Shown here: positions 34,740 through 44,301 of the stretch, in pieces
How the letters are laid out: each line of letters opens with the position of its first letter
Position numbering within the stretch: position 1 is the stretch's first letter
Source of the DNA: an uncultured Candidatus Saccharibacteria bacterium
Lineage (GTDB): Bacteria > Patescibacteriota > Minisyncoccia > Phycocordibacterales > UBA1006
Length of the DNA stretch: 53,201 bases
Assembly: GCA_964415895.1 (NCBI GenBank)
Contig: CAYQCC010000007.1
Coordinates: 1-53,201 of the forward strand
Reading direction: 5' to 3'
Notes under the pieces: generated by a model
Database searches by the model: none
Seen by the model: only the letters and a program-made list of their open reading frames with translations
Told to the model about the DNA's origin: nothing
Made by a program: the position numbers and the translations under genes

Positions 34740-34848
34740 GCATTCATACCCATTTCGGGTCTTTTTATTACAGTCTGTTTTTCACTTGTGGAAATTGGAC
34801 AGTAGCAAATATCAGTCACGATGTTCGACGGAGCACACACCGTCAATT

Positions 34849-35514
34849 ATGCCCACATCTATACAAATTATATCAAGTGCTGCCCACATTATCACTAATT
34901 CTTTTAAAAAGTTTAAGGGCGTGCGTAAATCATCAGCAATCGCAATGATTGTTGTAATCGTGACTACGTCAATTTGGGCACAAACTGCTCAAGCTGACGG
35001 ACCTATTGATCTCGTTACAAAAGCCTTAGATTCTGTTATTACTGAATCTAAGCCACTAGAAGAAAAAATCGTCGATGGAATGACTGCAACAGAACGTGCA
35101 GCAAAAATCGATGCCTACTTTGCAAAATATGACTTGCCATTGGCTGGTTATGGAAAAGCATTCGTAGATGCTGCTGACCGTGAAGGTATTGATTGGCGAT
35201 TCGTTGCCTCAAAATGTTTCATCGAGTCAACATGTGGAAAGTTCATGCCAAAGGGTACAAATAACCCATTGGGATGGGGATGTTCTACAGCAGCAAAATG
35301 TATTCGTTTTGAATCATACGAACAGGCTATCGATGAGGTAACTGCCAACTTGGCAGGTAACCGAGAAGGTACTGCAAAATACTATGCAGGAAAAACGCTG
35401 TCACAAAAGATGTCTTTCTATAACTCTGTAAACCCTAAATATCAAACATTGGTATTTCGGACTATGGACAAGATTGCGTCGATTGATGCTCCAGCCGTAC
35501 TTGCAATGAAATAA
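34849..35514 (+). CDS. Membrane-anchored or secreted lysozyme-fold (glucosaminidase-like) cell-wall hydrolase
   Basis: IDAYF..PLAGYG..F..AA...IDWRF..IESTCG..NNPLGWG; start moved to ATG 34849. Confidence 0.75.
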   Translation: MPTSIQIISSAAHIITNSFKKFKGVRKSSAIAMIVVIVTTSIWAQTAQADGPIDLVTKALDSVITESKPLEEKIVDGMTATERAAKIDAYFAKYDLPLAGYGKAFVDAADREGIDWRFVASKCFIESTCGKFMPKGTNNPLGWGCSTAAKCIRFESYEQAIDEVTANLAGNREGTAKYYAGKTLSQKMSFYNSVNPKYQTLVFRTMDKIASIDAPAVLAMK

Positions 35515-35647
35515 TTGCATCAAAAAACTACTCGAAAGAGTGGTTTTTTGTTTCCTTATAGATTTATACGAGAAACAAAAAACCAGCCTGTCATATATTA
35601 TTTTAATATGAGCGAGGTCTGGTTTTTTATTAAATAAAGAACTAAGT

Positions 35648-36229
35648 TCAAGCAGCTTCATTATTTTCTTCATCCTCGTGCTCTTTTTGTTCTATTCCAT
35701 CCAAAATCTTCTTTTCTGGAATTTGCCAGTACTCGCCTGTGTTATCAGGCACATCACATTCTTTATTTCGCTTGAATGTCGCAAAAACCGGAAGCTTGGA
35801 TTTCCAGAGCGCCACTCTGTTTTCGTCAATTCTTTTAACAATTGGCTTTATCTTGATGGAAAACCCATCAAGATCAAAAAGAAATTCAGGATAGGCAAAA
35901 TTATCTGCTTTTTCCTTACAAAAGTCATCTTCTGGCGCGATTCCAATTGTTTCCCAGCGTTCATCGACAATGCTTGGTAAGAATTGCTGTAAGTTGCACG
36001 CAAAATCAAAAACATTTCGATCTTGGATAATATGTCTTTTTTTCAATTGTAAAAAAAGCCACGTAAGTGCGATTCGCGCGCTATCATAATGATCGCCTGC
36101 GAATGCTTTTCTTTGTTCATCTTCTGTTTTATATTTTAAAGCAGGAACAAAGTTGGATGAAAGGTTTTCATTGTGAAAAATTTCCAACGCCTTCCATGCG
36201 ATTTTCTTGTAAATGTTTTCTACTAACAT
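35648..36229 (-). CDS. Hypothetical protein
   Basis: 193-aa ORF filling the gap between terminator and metG. Confidence 0.6.
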   Translation of the reverse strand: MLVENIYKKIAWKALEIFHNENLSSNFVPALKYKTEDEQRKAFAGDHYDSARIALTWLFLQLKKRHIIQDRNVFDFACNLQQFLPSIVDERWETIGIAPEDDFCKEKADNFAYPEFLFDLDGFSIKIKPIVKRIDENRVALWKSKLPVFATFKRNKECDVPDNTGEYWQIPEKKILDGIEQKEHEDEENNEAA

Positions 36230-36333
36230 GATTGATTAAGTTTTTTATTTGGTTAATTACCTTAACTATATCCCTTTGGTAGCTATTGGTCAATTTTCTT
36301 TGGAATTGGCTCTTTTTTATGTATAGTATATAT

Positions 36334-37776
36334 ATGAATGAACAAAAACCCTTTTATATAACAACGACATTGCCGTATGTAAATGCTGATCCACACGTTG
36401 GTTTTGGTATGGAATTGGTGCGCGCAGATGTGCTGGCTCGCTATAAAACTCTTACTGGTCACGAGGTATTTTTCAATACAGGAACTGACGAGCATGGCCA
36501 GAAGCTTCTTGATGATGCAAAAAAAGCAGGCGAAGACGTGAAAGCGTATGTAGATCGATTCGCAAAAGAATTCAAAGGCCTTTCAAGTCTGTTGGATATT
36601 TCATCAGACGTTCATTATATTCGAACTACTGATACTCACCACGAATCTGCTGCGCAGGAATTTTGGAAGCGTGTATCTGACAATGGATACATTTACAAAA
36701 AACCGTATCAGATAAAATACTGTGTCGGGTGTGAACTTGAAAAAACAGATTCAGAATTAGTAGATGGTCAGTGTCCAATTCACCCAACATATACACTTGA
36801 AGTTATTGATGAGGAAAATTATTTCTTCAAACTGTCAGAGTTTCAGCAACCATTGTTAGATTTTTACGCACAGAATCCGCATTTTGTTGTGCCCGATTTT
36901 CGATTTAACGAGATTAAGTCATTTATTGAACGAGGATTGGAAGATTTTTCAATCTCACGCTTGAAATCAAAAATGCCATGGGGAATTTCTGTTCCAGGTG
37001 ATGATACCCAAGTGATGTATGTTTGGTTTGACGCCCTTGTAAATTATATTTCAACACTTGGCTGGCCAGAAGATAATGCTAATTATGAAAAGTTCTGGGG
37101 CAATGGTACTCCGACACAATACTGTGGAAAGGATAACTTGCGACAGCAATCTGCGATGTGGCAGGCGATGTTGATGGCTGCAAAATTACCAAATTCACAC
37201 CAAATTATCATCAATGGATTTTTTACAGGTGAAGGTGGAATTAAAATGTCTAAATCAATTGGCAATGTTGTGAATCCGTATGACGCAGTTGCAGAATATG
37301 GAACAGATGCATTTCGACTATTCGTCTGCAAGGAAGTTTCCATGTTTGAAGATTCGCCGTTTACGATCGAACGATTTGCTGCAGCGTACAATTCAAATTT
37401 GGTAAATGGACTTGGAAACCTGGTTTCGCGAACGCTTACTATGGCGCAATCCTATGATGTTGATATTTCAGATTTGATATTTCCAGAATTTGAAACAATT
37501 GCACATCCTGCATACGAGCGATTTGATTACGCAGAAGTTACGACTTCATTGTGGTCTGAAATTGCGGACTTGGACAAATATATTACTGACACAGAACCGT
37601 TCAAAACATTTAAAGTTGATCCAGATAAAGCTCGGGCCGATGTTCATCATGTTATTACTGGTCTTGCTCGAGTTTCAGTATTGCTTCAGCCGATTATGCC
37701 AACAAGTGCAGCGAAAATTGCAGAGCTTATCAAGAAACGAGAAAAGCCAGCAGAGCCGTTGTTTGTGCGGAAATAA
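36334..37776 (+). CDS. metG: Methionyl-tRNA synthetase (short form)
   Basis: YITTTLPYVNADPHVG (HIGH-like), GTDEHG, YVWFDALVNY, KMSKS; start moved to ATG 36334. Confidence 0.95.
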   Translation: MNEQKPFYITTTLPYVNADPHVGFGMELVRADVLARYKTLTGHEVFFNTGTDEHGQKLLDDAKKAGEDVKAYVDRFAKEFKGLSSLLDISSDVHYIRTTDTHHESAAQEFWKRVSDNGYIYKKPYQIKYCVGCELEKTDSELVDGQCPIHPTYTLEVIDEENYFFKLSEFQQPLLDFYAQNPHFVVPDFRFNEIKSFIERGLEDFSISRLKSKMPWGISVPGDDTQVMYVWFDALVNYISTLGWPEDNANYEKFWGNGTPTQYCGKDNLRQQSAMWQAMLMAAKLPNSHQIIINGFFTGEGGIKMSKSIGNVVNPYDAVAEYGTDAFRLFVCKEVSMFEDSPFTIERFAAAYNSNLVNGLGNLVSRTLTMAQSYDVDISDLIFPEFETIAHPAYERFDYAEVTTSLWSEIADLDKYITDTEPFKTFKVDPDKARADVHHVITGLARVSVLLQPIMPTSAAKIAELIKKREKPAEPLFVRK

Positions 37777-37778
37777 TT

Positions 37779-38927
37779 ATGGAAGGACATACTCCAAAAA
37801 GTAAAATAGAAACAAAAGGCGCTCCAGTAATAAAAGAAGGAGTTGATTTTGTGTTCAAGCAGAATCCCGAACTTAAAAGAATCGCATATGAAAATTTGGG
37901 ATACAGTTATAAGAACTATCGAGGTGACGCTACGCCTGTGATTATTGATTATTTCGGACAAGGTACTGCTGGAGAGATAGGTTTTTCTTCAAAAAATAAG
38001 GGAATTAAAACAGCCGATAAGGCAAAAATAGACGAGCTTGTTAAAAGTTTTTTGAATATCGGACAAGGTAACTTTTTAGAGATACATACTGAAAGCGGCA
38101 TGCGTAGATTTGACTTTCATTTTATTGCAAGAGGTCCAGAGGATACGAGTAGAAAGGGGTATCACGGAGGCATCAGCTTGTTTTTTAAAGACAAGCTACC
38201 TAATCCTGTAGATCTAATAAAATCTATCAATAAAGCATTAAAAGATTATAAGAAAGAAAATTATATTCTTCATGAAGATGGAAGATATATACCTATAAAA
38301 TCGAACTTCACGGAATTTTCGTCTCCTAAAATATATCCAACTTTTTCAAGTAGTTTGGATATTCCAAAGGACTTGTCTGAAAATGACTTCAAAAGATTTT
38401 TTATGAAAGAGTTCAATTCAGAACTAGAAAGGCAAAATAGATTAGAACAAGAATCAACACAGCTCTATTCTAACTATCTCGAAACAATTTTTCCCGAGAG
38501 TAAGGTTAAAGAGATTGTATGGCACGGTACAGATGTTGATTTCAAAAACGAAGGATTCAAGGCAATGCCTCCTTCTTCACATACAAAATGGTTTACAGAT
38601 GAATCATTAGGGAATAGGTTCTATTTCACTAACGATTATAACAAAGCTCAAAAAAGATATTCATTACAAAATGGCAAACCAGGAATAATGGTTGCGGCTT
38701 TGCTAAATCTAAAGAATCCTAAGGACGACGATACTTATGATGGCACAGATTTGAGAGATAAAGATTTATCAGGATACGATTCTTATATTCAAAAAGCCAC
38801 ATACCAAGCCGATGGTACTAAAAATAGTCAGTATTTCGTGGCGTTTGATCCAGAACAAATTCATATTTTGGGTTCGCAATCAGACATTGAAGGATTTAAA
38901 AAGTTTGTTGAATCTAAAGAAAAATAA
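37779..38927 (+). CDS. Protein with ADP-ribosyltransferase-like (ART-PolyVal-like) C-terminal domain
   Basis: WHGT, FYFT, LNLKNP, GYDS and FDPEQI motifs in order. Confidence 0.65.
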   Translation: MEGHTPKSKIETKGAPVIKEGVDFVFKQNPELKRIAYENLGYSYKNYRGDATPVIIDYFGQGTAGEIGFSSKNKGIKTADKAKIDELVKSFLNIGQGNFLEIHTESGMRRFDFHFIARGPEDTSRKGYHGGISLFFKDKLPNPVDLIKSINKALKDYKKENYILHEDGRYIPIKSNFTEFSSPKIYPTFSSSLDIPKDLSENDFKRFFMKEFNSELERQNRLEQESTQLYSNYLETIFPESKVKEIVWHGTDVDFKNEGFKAMPPSSHTKWFTDESLGNRFYFTNDYNKAQKRYSLQNGKPGIMVAALLNLKNPKDDDTYDGTDLRDKDLSGYDSYIQKATYQADGTKNSQYFVAFDPEQIHILGSQSDIEGFKKFVESKEK

Positions 38928-38929
38928 TC

Positions 38930-40351
38930 ATGCAACCAATCAACCCAACAACCTATTGCATTATTGGAATGAGTCCTGGAAACAGTTATTTCAAGGACGA
39001 TGAAATCAAGTATCTTTTGAAAACCACGATTGAACGATATGGTCGCGTGGCTATTATGATCGCCGACATTCCGGCGATTTCAACGTATATGGCGTTTGGG
39101 TATCCTGCGAATCTTGCTCGTCGTACAAAAGCTTTGCCACAGGGAAATTTGCTTAAAAATAGAACCCGAAGAGCAATGCATGAATTAGGTTATTTGGACG
39201 AACAGGTTTGTATTATTGATTGGGAAAACGAAGTAGAAACAAATAGTGAATATAAAAAATCATATCAGCATATTCGAGATCTGTATAATAACAATACTCA
39301 GTTTATGAGCGATGTTGATGAAACAACAAGAGCTGTATTAATTGGATCAAAGCGTGAGATTGCAGATATAAATGTGGCGACAAAAACAGCGGTTCATTAT
39401 TTGCTTTCAGAATTCGCGTTTTTAAATTGGGCGCCAGAATTCTTGAATGTTGAAAAAGTTACATATGTGTATCACAAAAACTGGTTGGTATATGAAAACT
39501 ATATTGCTGGTAAATATGATGGAATTCCAAAAACATCTACTGATTTTGTGTTACTTGAAAATCCATATGAAACATATAATCCGATCTGGGGACTGGAAGA
39601 CGAAAACCAGGGCGAGTATTCCGACGTGTTTGAACGGATCGAATCAACAAAAACGCTTCGCGTAGGATTTACGAATTATATTCCTGCGTTCATGTACGAT
39701 TCTGATTACAATAATTTTTCCGGAATCTTTTACGAGATTATTATCGAGATTGCAAAGAAACACGGTTGGCGCGTTATCTGGACCGAGGAAACAGGATACG
39801 GTGTGATCGTGGATGGGTTGAACAACAATCGCTTTGATTTGTTTGGAAGTGCAGTATGGCCAACACCTGAAAGATTAGCACAAGCTGACTTTTCAAATTC
39901 ACTTTATAAAAGTAATGTGTTTGCGTGGGTGCGATCAGATTTTAATAAAATAAATGATGAAATGAAGTCTGATATGACTATTCGCGTTTCAGTAAAGGAA
40001 AATGATATTTCAGATTCAATTGCAACTGCAGATTTTCCAAGTAATCGACAAGTAAAAGTTCCTCAGCTTTCTGACACGATGGAATTGTTACAATTTGTCG
40101 CCGATGATCGTGCAGATTTTACATTTGTCGAACCCTATATAGCTTCGCAGTTTAATGAGAAATCCAGTATTCAATTAACTCAATCTTCAACTGAACCAAT
40201 TAGGACTTATGATAACAGTTTCATGATAAAGAAAAGTGAGCAGAAGCTTGTCGATTTGATAAATAACGAACTTGCAATCTTGGAGTCTAATGGAACCATT
40301 GAAAAGCTGATTAAAAAGTACACTGGCACTGATGATACGTATATGAGATAA
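38930..40351 (+). CDS. tRNA-dependent cyclodipeptide synthase (NYH-type) fused to a family-3 solute-binding domain
   Basis: GMSPGNSYF, YLLSE and YVYH (AlbC-like S37/N40, Y178/E182, Y202/H203); C-terminal LRVGFTNY.PAF..G...EI..IAK..RADFS.SLY SBP fold. Confidence 0.8.
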   Translation: MQPINPTTYCIIGMSPGNSYFKDDEIKYLLKTTIERYGRVAIMIADIPAISTYMAFGYPANLARRTKALPQGNLLKNRTRRAMHELGYLDEQVCIIDWENEVETNSEYKKSYQHIRDLYNNNTQFMSDVDETTRAVLIGSKREIADINVATKTAVHYLLSEFAFLNWAPEFLNVEKVTYVYHKNWLVYENYIAGKYDGIPKTSTDFVLLENPYETYNPIWGLEDENQGEYSDVFERIESTKTLRVGFTNYIPAFMYDSDYNNFSGIFYEIIIEIAKKHGWRVIWTEETGYGVIVDGLNNNRFDLFGSAVWPTPERLAQADFSNSLYKSNVFAWVRSDFNKINDEMKSDMTIRVSVKENDISDSIATADFPSNRQVKVPQLSDTMELLQFVADDRADFTFVEPYIASQFNEKSSIQLTQSSTEPIRTYDNSFMIKKSEQKLVDLINNELAILESNGTIEKLIKKYTGTDDTYMR

Positions 40352-40358
40352 TAGGTCT

Positions 40359-40769
40359 ATGAAAAAGAATGACTTAACATCACAACAATATAATGTCCTT
40401 GCAGAACGTGGCACAGAGATGCCGTTTTCTGGTGAATACGATAATCATTATGACAAGGGAACTTATGTTTGCGGATGGTGCAATAATCCATTATACAAAT
40501 CCGATGACAAGTTTGATGCGCACTGCGGTTGGCCAGCTTTTGATGACGAAATCCCTGGAGCTGTTGTACGACATTTGGATGCAGATGGACGACGTGAGGA
40601 AATCACCTGTGCACATTGCGGCGGGCATCTTGGTCATGTATTTCAAGGTGAATACATTACACCAAAGAATACTCGTCATTGTGTGAATTCGCTCGCATTA
40701 ACATTTATTCCTGAAGGAAAACCGTTGCCGCCAGTTGCAGACGAAGATGTGTTGAGCTCCCTCTCCTAA
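40359..40769 (+). CDS. msrB: Peptide-methionine (R)-S-oxide reductase
   Basis: GTEMPFSG, CGWC, KFDAHCGWPAF, CAHCGGHLGHVF, RHCVNS. Confidence 0.95.
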   Translation: MKKNDLTSQQYNVLAERGTEMPFSGEYDNHYDKGTYVCGWCNNPLYKSDDKFDAHCGWPAFDDEIPGAVVRHLDADGRREEITCAHCGGHLGHVFQGEYITPKNTRHCVNSLALTFIPEGKPLPPVADEDVLSSLS

Positions 40770-41220
40770 TTTAGGAGAGGGTCGGGGTGAGGTCGTGGCA
40801 TAGAGAAACTAATTAATATTTTATTCAGTATGATTCGAAGAATTATCAGTAACTCACATCGAATACCGAGAAGAAAATCGCTTCGACAAACTCAAACCCT
40901 AGAAGAATCTATTATTTGGAATATTGTTCGCAATAGCAAATTAGGAGTTCGATTTAGAAGACAGGTTAGTATTGGAAGTTATATAGTCGATTTCTATTGT
41001 CCTGAAAAGAAGCTGATTATTGAAATTGATGGATCCCAACATCTAGATAATAAACAATATGATAAGGAGCGAGAGGATTATCTTTTGTCGCTTGGGATGA
41101 AAACCATACGTTTTTGGAATAATGAAATCAATCAAAATATTGATGGAGTTTATATGAGAATCATAAACATTATTAACAACTAACGACCTCACCCTAGCCC
41201 TCTCCTAAATTAGGAGAGGG
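40759..41220. mobile_element. DUF559 endonuclease cassette bounded by 38-bp inverted repeats
   Basis: 40759-40796 and 41183-41220 are inverted copies (35/38 identical), each containing a CCCTCTCCTA/TAGGAGAGGG palindrome. Confidence 0.7.
40830..41183 (+). CDS. DUF559 / very-short-patch-repair-like endonuclease
   Basis: LRQTQTLEE..W..RN..LGVRFRRQ..IGSYIVDFYC..LIIEIDGSQH..YD..R..L..IRFWN. Confidence 0.92.
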   Translation: MIRRIISNSHRIPRRKSLRQTQTLEESIIWNIVRNSKLGVRFRRQVSIGSYIVDFYCPEKKLIIEIDGSQHLDNKQYDKEREDYLLSLGMKTIRFWNNEINQNIDGVYMRIINIINN

Positions 41221-41230
41221 AACAATACAT

Positions 41231-41650
41231 ATGTTTGAAAAACTATTTATGTTGCCGAAACTGGCGAAATATGCGAAAGGAGGTAAAAAATGGATCGATC
41301 TGTTAGGTTTTGATGTGCGTGATATTAAAACCTGTGCCGACAGGATTTCCTGCACTATTTCATTTCCTGAAAAACTTACGGGCAATGATGGAATTATTCA
41401 TGGGGGAATTTTGTGTTTTGTGATGGATTCAATGGCGGGTATTTTTGCGAGCATTATAGAAACAGACTCATCAAAGAAAATATTAACGAAAACAATGTCC
41501 GTATCTTTTGTAAAACCTGTTGTTCCAAAAGCTACTTATACGGTCATTATTACAAAAATATTTGTGAATGAAATACTGGCAAGAATTATAGATGAACACG
41601 AGGAAGAAGTTACAGTAGGCAGGTTAGAGATGATCGCAAAAGAGAATTAA
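41231..41650 (+). CDS. PaaI-family (hotdog-fold) thioesterase
   Basis: GIIHGGILCFVMDSMAG; SVSFVKP. Confidence 0.85.
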   Translation: MFEKLFMLPKLAKYAKGGKKWIDLLGFDVRDIKTCADRISCTISFPEKLTGNDGIIHGGILCFVMDSMAGIFASIIETDSSKKILTKTMSVSFVKPVVPKATYTVIITKIFVNEILARIIDEHEEEVTVGRLEMIAKEN

Positions 41651-41696
41651 GCTTTTATGGTATAATGGATATTATTAGCTTAATTTCAAGATTTTT

Positions 41697-42083
41697 ATGA
41701 TTACACCATATGTAAACAATATTGAAGACGAGACATTGGGAAATGATAATTTCCGAAAAGAAGTGTTCACAGGCGAACACTTGCAAATGACTGTCATGTC
41801 ATTGCTTCCAGGTGAAGATATTGGCGCAGAAGTTCATCCGACAACTGATCAGTTCTTGCGAGTTGAACAAGGAAGTGGAAAAGCACTTATCGGCGAACAA
41901 GAATACGATGTTTCTGATGACTTCGCGATTATTATTCCAGCAGGCATGAATCACAACGTGACTAATACCGGAGAGGTTGTGATGAAGCTCTACAGTATCT
42001 ATACTCCACCAGAACATCCGAAAGGAACGGTTCATAAGGACAAGGCAGAAGCCATGGCTGCAGAAGCGGAACATCATCATTAA
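41697..42083 (+). CDS. Cupin-domain protein
   Basis: GEDIGAEVH..DQFLRVEQG; IPAG..HNV.N..LYSIY.PPEH. Confidence 0.9.
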   Translation: MITPYVNNIEDETLGNDNFRKEVFTGEHLQMTVMSLLPGEDIGAEVHPTTDQFLRVEQGSGKALIGEQEYDVSDDFAIIIPAGMNHNVTNTGEVVMKLYSIYTPPEHPKGTVHKDKAEAMAAEAEHHH

Positions 42084-42126
42084 TCTCAAAATCGGCTAAA
42101 TGCCGATTTTGTGTTAGAGTAATTCC

Positions 42127-42924
42127 ATGAACTTAGATTATATTGATATCCATTCACATTTAAATCTTCCACCGCTTTCTGAAAACCAAGAGGTGACTTT
42201 GGCGAAAATGCGAGAAATGCAGGTTGGAACAATAACCGTGGGTACGGATATGAAGACATCAAAAATGGCGATAGATATAGCTGAACAGAATCCTGATCTA
42301 TGCTTCGCAACAGTAGGGTTTCATCCATGTGATGGATTTGTTCCAAGTCATGATTCCGATTGGGACGAACTTTATAACCTGGCGCAGCATGCACAGGTGG
42401 TAGCGATTGGTGAAACAGGGTTGGATTATTTTCGTGATCAATCCGAAGAATTAAAAACACAACAAACATGGATTTTCAAGAAGCATATTGAACTAGCAGT
42501 AAAAACTAATAAACCGTTAATGATGCATGTTCGCGCATCAAAAGGAACTGATGATGCGCATTATGATGCACTTGAAATATTGAAAAGCGAACGCTATACA
42601 GGTCGTGCAGACTTCCATTTCTTTTCTGGTTCAAGAAGGTGTATGGAGGATATTATTGCAGCTGGCTTTACGGTATCAGTCGACGGTCCAATTACATTTT
42701 CACATGACTATGACGATATGATTCGTGCATGCCCGATCGAATCACTGATGGTTGAAACTGATTCACCATTTGCAGCACCTGTTCCATATCGTGGAAAACC
42801 GTGCGAGCCATGGATGGTTGTTGAGATTGCAAAAAAGATTGCGGAACTAAAACAATTAGATATTGAAACAGTGCGCGTTCAGCTACTTGAAAATACAAAA
42901 AAGTTTTTCAATATCCAGTTTTAA
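42127..42924 (+). CDS. tatD: TatD-family hydrolase
   Basis: DIHSHL, GFHP, AIGETGLD, HVR, HFFSG, ETDSPF. Confidence 0.92.
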   Translation: MNLDYIDIHSHLNLPPLSENQEVTLAKMREMQVGTITVGTDMKTSKMAIDIAEQNPDLCFATVGFHPCDGFVPSHDSDWDELYNLAQHAQVVAIGETGLDYFRDQSEELKTQQTWIFKKHIELAVKTNKPLMMHVRASKGTDDAHYDALEILKSERYTGRADFHFFSGSRRCMEDIIAAGFTVSVDGPITFSHDYDDMIRACPIESLMVETDSPFAAPVPYRGKPCEPWMVVEIAKKIAELKQLDIETVRVQLLENTKKFFNIQF

Positions 42925-42963
42925 AGGGCTAACTTCATTATGAAGCAGCCCTTTAATTTTTTC

Positions 42964-43482
42964 CTATGCAGTTTTATTAATCAGATTCTCACTTAATAGT
43001 TCCGTATAGCTTTCCTGGAATGTGCCATTTTTCTTATACCATGTATAAATGCTTTTTGGACAATATCCATGAAGCAGGTCTCTGCTTGTTAATATGTTGT
43101 AATTGTATGATCGAGCACTTACTGCCGTTTCATACACACATATTCCTCCGTTAATGCCCATTAATAACAAATTTTTAATTGAATTAACTTCTAAATAAGT
43201 ATTTAGTCGTTGGTTAGAGAAACTATCATTTGCATACTTTGTAAACGTACTTACTAATTTTTTTGGAAATGTAGCAATTGCATTACGAAGATCATAAGAA
43301 ATATCTCCATACCCTGCAGATTCTATTATAATGAGCGGAACGTTTTGTTTTTTGTAAAAATTAATAACTTTTACATGGTTAGGAATAATTGTTTCTTTTT
43401 TCTTGTTTAGGAAGCTTTCTTGCATATCTATAATCATGATTGCAAATTCGCTTGTTTTCTTAGTTTGTTTGTTTGCCTTCAT
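42964..43482 (-). CDS. Isochorismatase-family cysteine hydrolase
   Basis: IIDMQ, K..DSF, GINGGICVYETA catalytic triad pattern. Confidence 0.85.
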   Translation of the reverse strand: MKANKQTKKTSEFAIMIIDMQESFLNKKKETIIPNHVKVINFYKKQNVPLIIIESAGYGDISYDLRNAIATFPKKLVSTFTKYANDSFSNQRLNTYLEVNSIKNLLLMGINGGICVYETAVSARSYNYNILTSRDLLHGYCPKSIYTWYKKNGTFQESYTELLSENLINKTA

Positions 43483-43642
43483 GGTTATTATTTTTTGTGG
43501 ACAATATCACTTGTGTGTAGTTATGTCAATACGTCTCATGATGACCAATAAAACCCTCTAGACTTATCCATCAATTTATGTTAAGGTAACCGCACTTTGA
43601 TATTTTCAAAGTGCTTATTAGTTAAATAAATATATATAAAAT

Positions 43643-44215
43643 ATGGCACGAAAAAAGGCAGTTACTCAAGCCTCGACTGAAACGCTGGAGCCTCGAGTTT
43701 ACGAACTCGGCTTCCTATTGTCACCAGCTGTTCGCGAGGAAGATCTTGACTCAAAGGTAGACGAGATCAAAACAATTATCACAAATACGGGAGGTTCAAT
43801 CATCACTGATGGACGACCAGAATTTATTGATATTGCTTATCAAATGGATAAAACTATCGATAACAAGAAAGTTAAATTCAATCAAGGTTACTTTGGTTGG
43901 ATTAAGTTCACTACAACTCCTGACATGATCAAATCAATTCAGGAATTAATGGATAAGAATTTATTGATCATCCGATTCATGCTTACTCTTACGGTGGCAG
44001 AAAACACGATCATCAGCAAAAAACCTCTTTCAAAAATCTTGAAATCAAATGTTCGATCAGAAATGGGCGAAGATGAGATTATTGCAGATGTAGAAGAAGT
44101 TGAGGAAGATGAAATTGATCCAGGAATTGCTGCAGTAGAATTGCAGACTCCAATCAATGAAGTAGAAGACGAAGTGGTCGAACCATTAGCTGAAACTGAT
44201 AAAGAAGCTGAATAA
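43643..44215 (+). CDS. rpsF: 30S ribosomal protein S6 with acidic C-terminal extension
   Basis: YELGFLLSP, IAY.M.K, GYFGWIKF, IIRFML; first gene of rpsF-ssb-rpsR. Confidence 0.9.
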   Translation: MARKKAVTQASTETLEPRVYELGFLLSPAVREEDLDSKVDEIKTIITNTGGSIITDGRPEFIDIAYQMDKTIDNKKVKFNQGYFGWIKFTTTPDMIKSIQELMDKNLLIIRFMLTLTVAENTIISKKPLSKILKSNVRSEMGEDEIIADVEEVEEDEIDPGIAAVELQTPINEVEDEVVEPLAETDKEAE

Positions 44216-44301
44216 AGAAAAGATAAAAATTGGAAAAACTTGTCATCAAAAATGCTTTGGGATATACTCTGATTATTGTTAGAAATAATTAAGAAATCAC
44301 T

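Noticed and set aside
27261-38927. NADAR plus ART as a DarTG1-like toxin-antitoxin pair
   Set aside because: The genes are about 10 kb apart in unrelated transcription units; nothing in the sequence links them.
44030-44215. Acidic tail on S6, TGS-less ThrRS and acidic insert in GyrB as novelties
   Set aside because: Variations of this kind are, to my knowledge, common in CPR and other reduced genomes.
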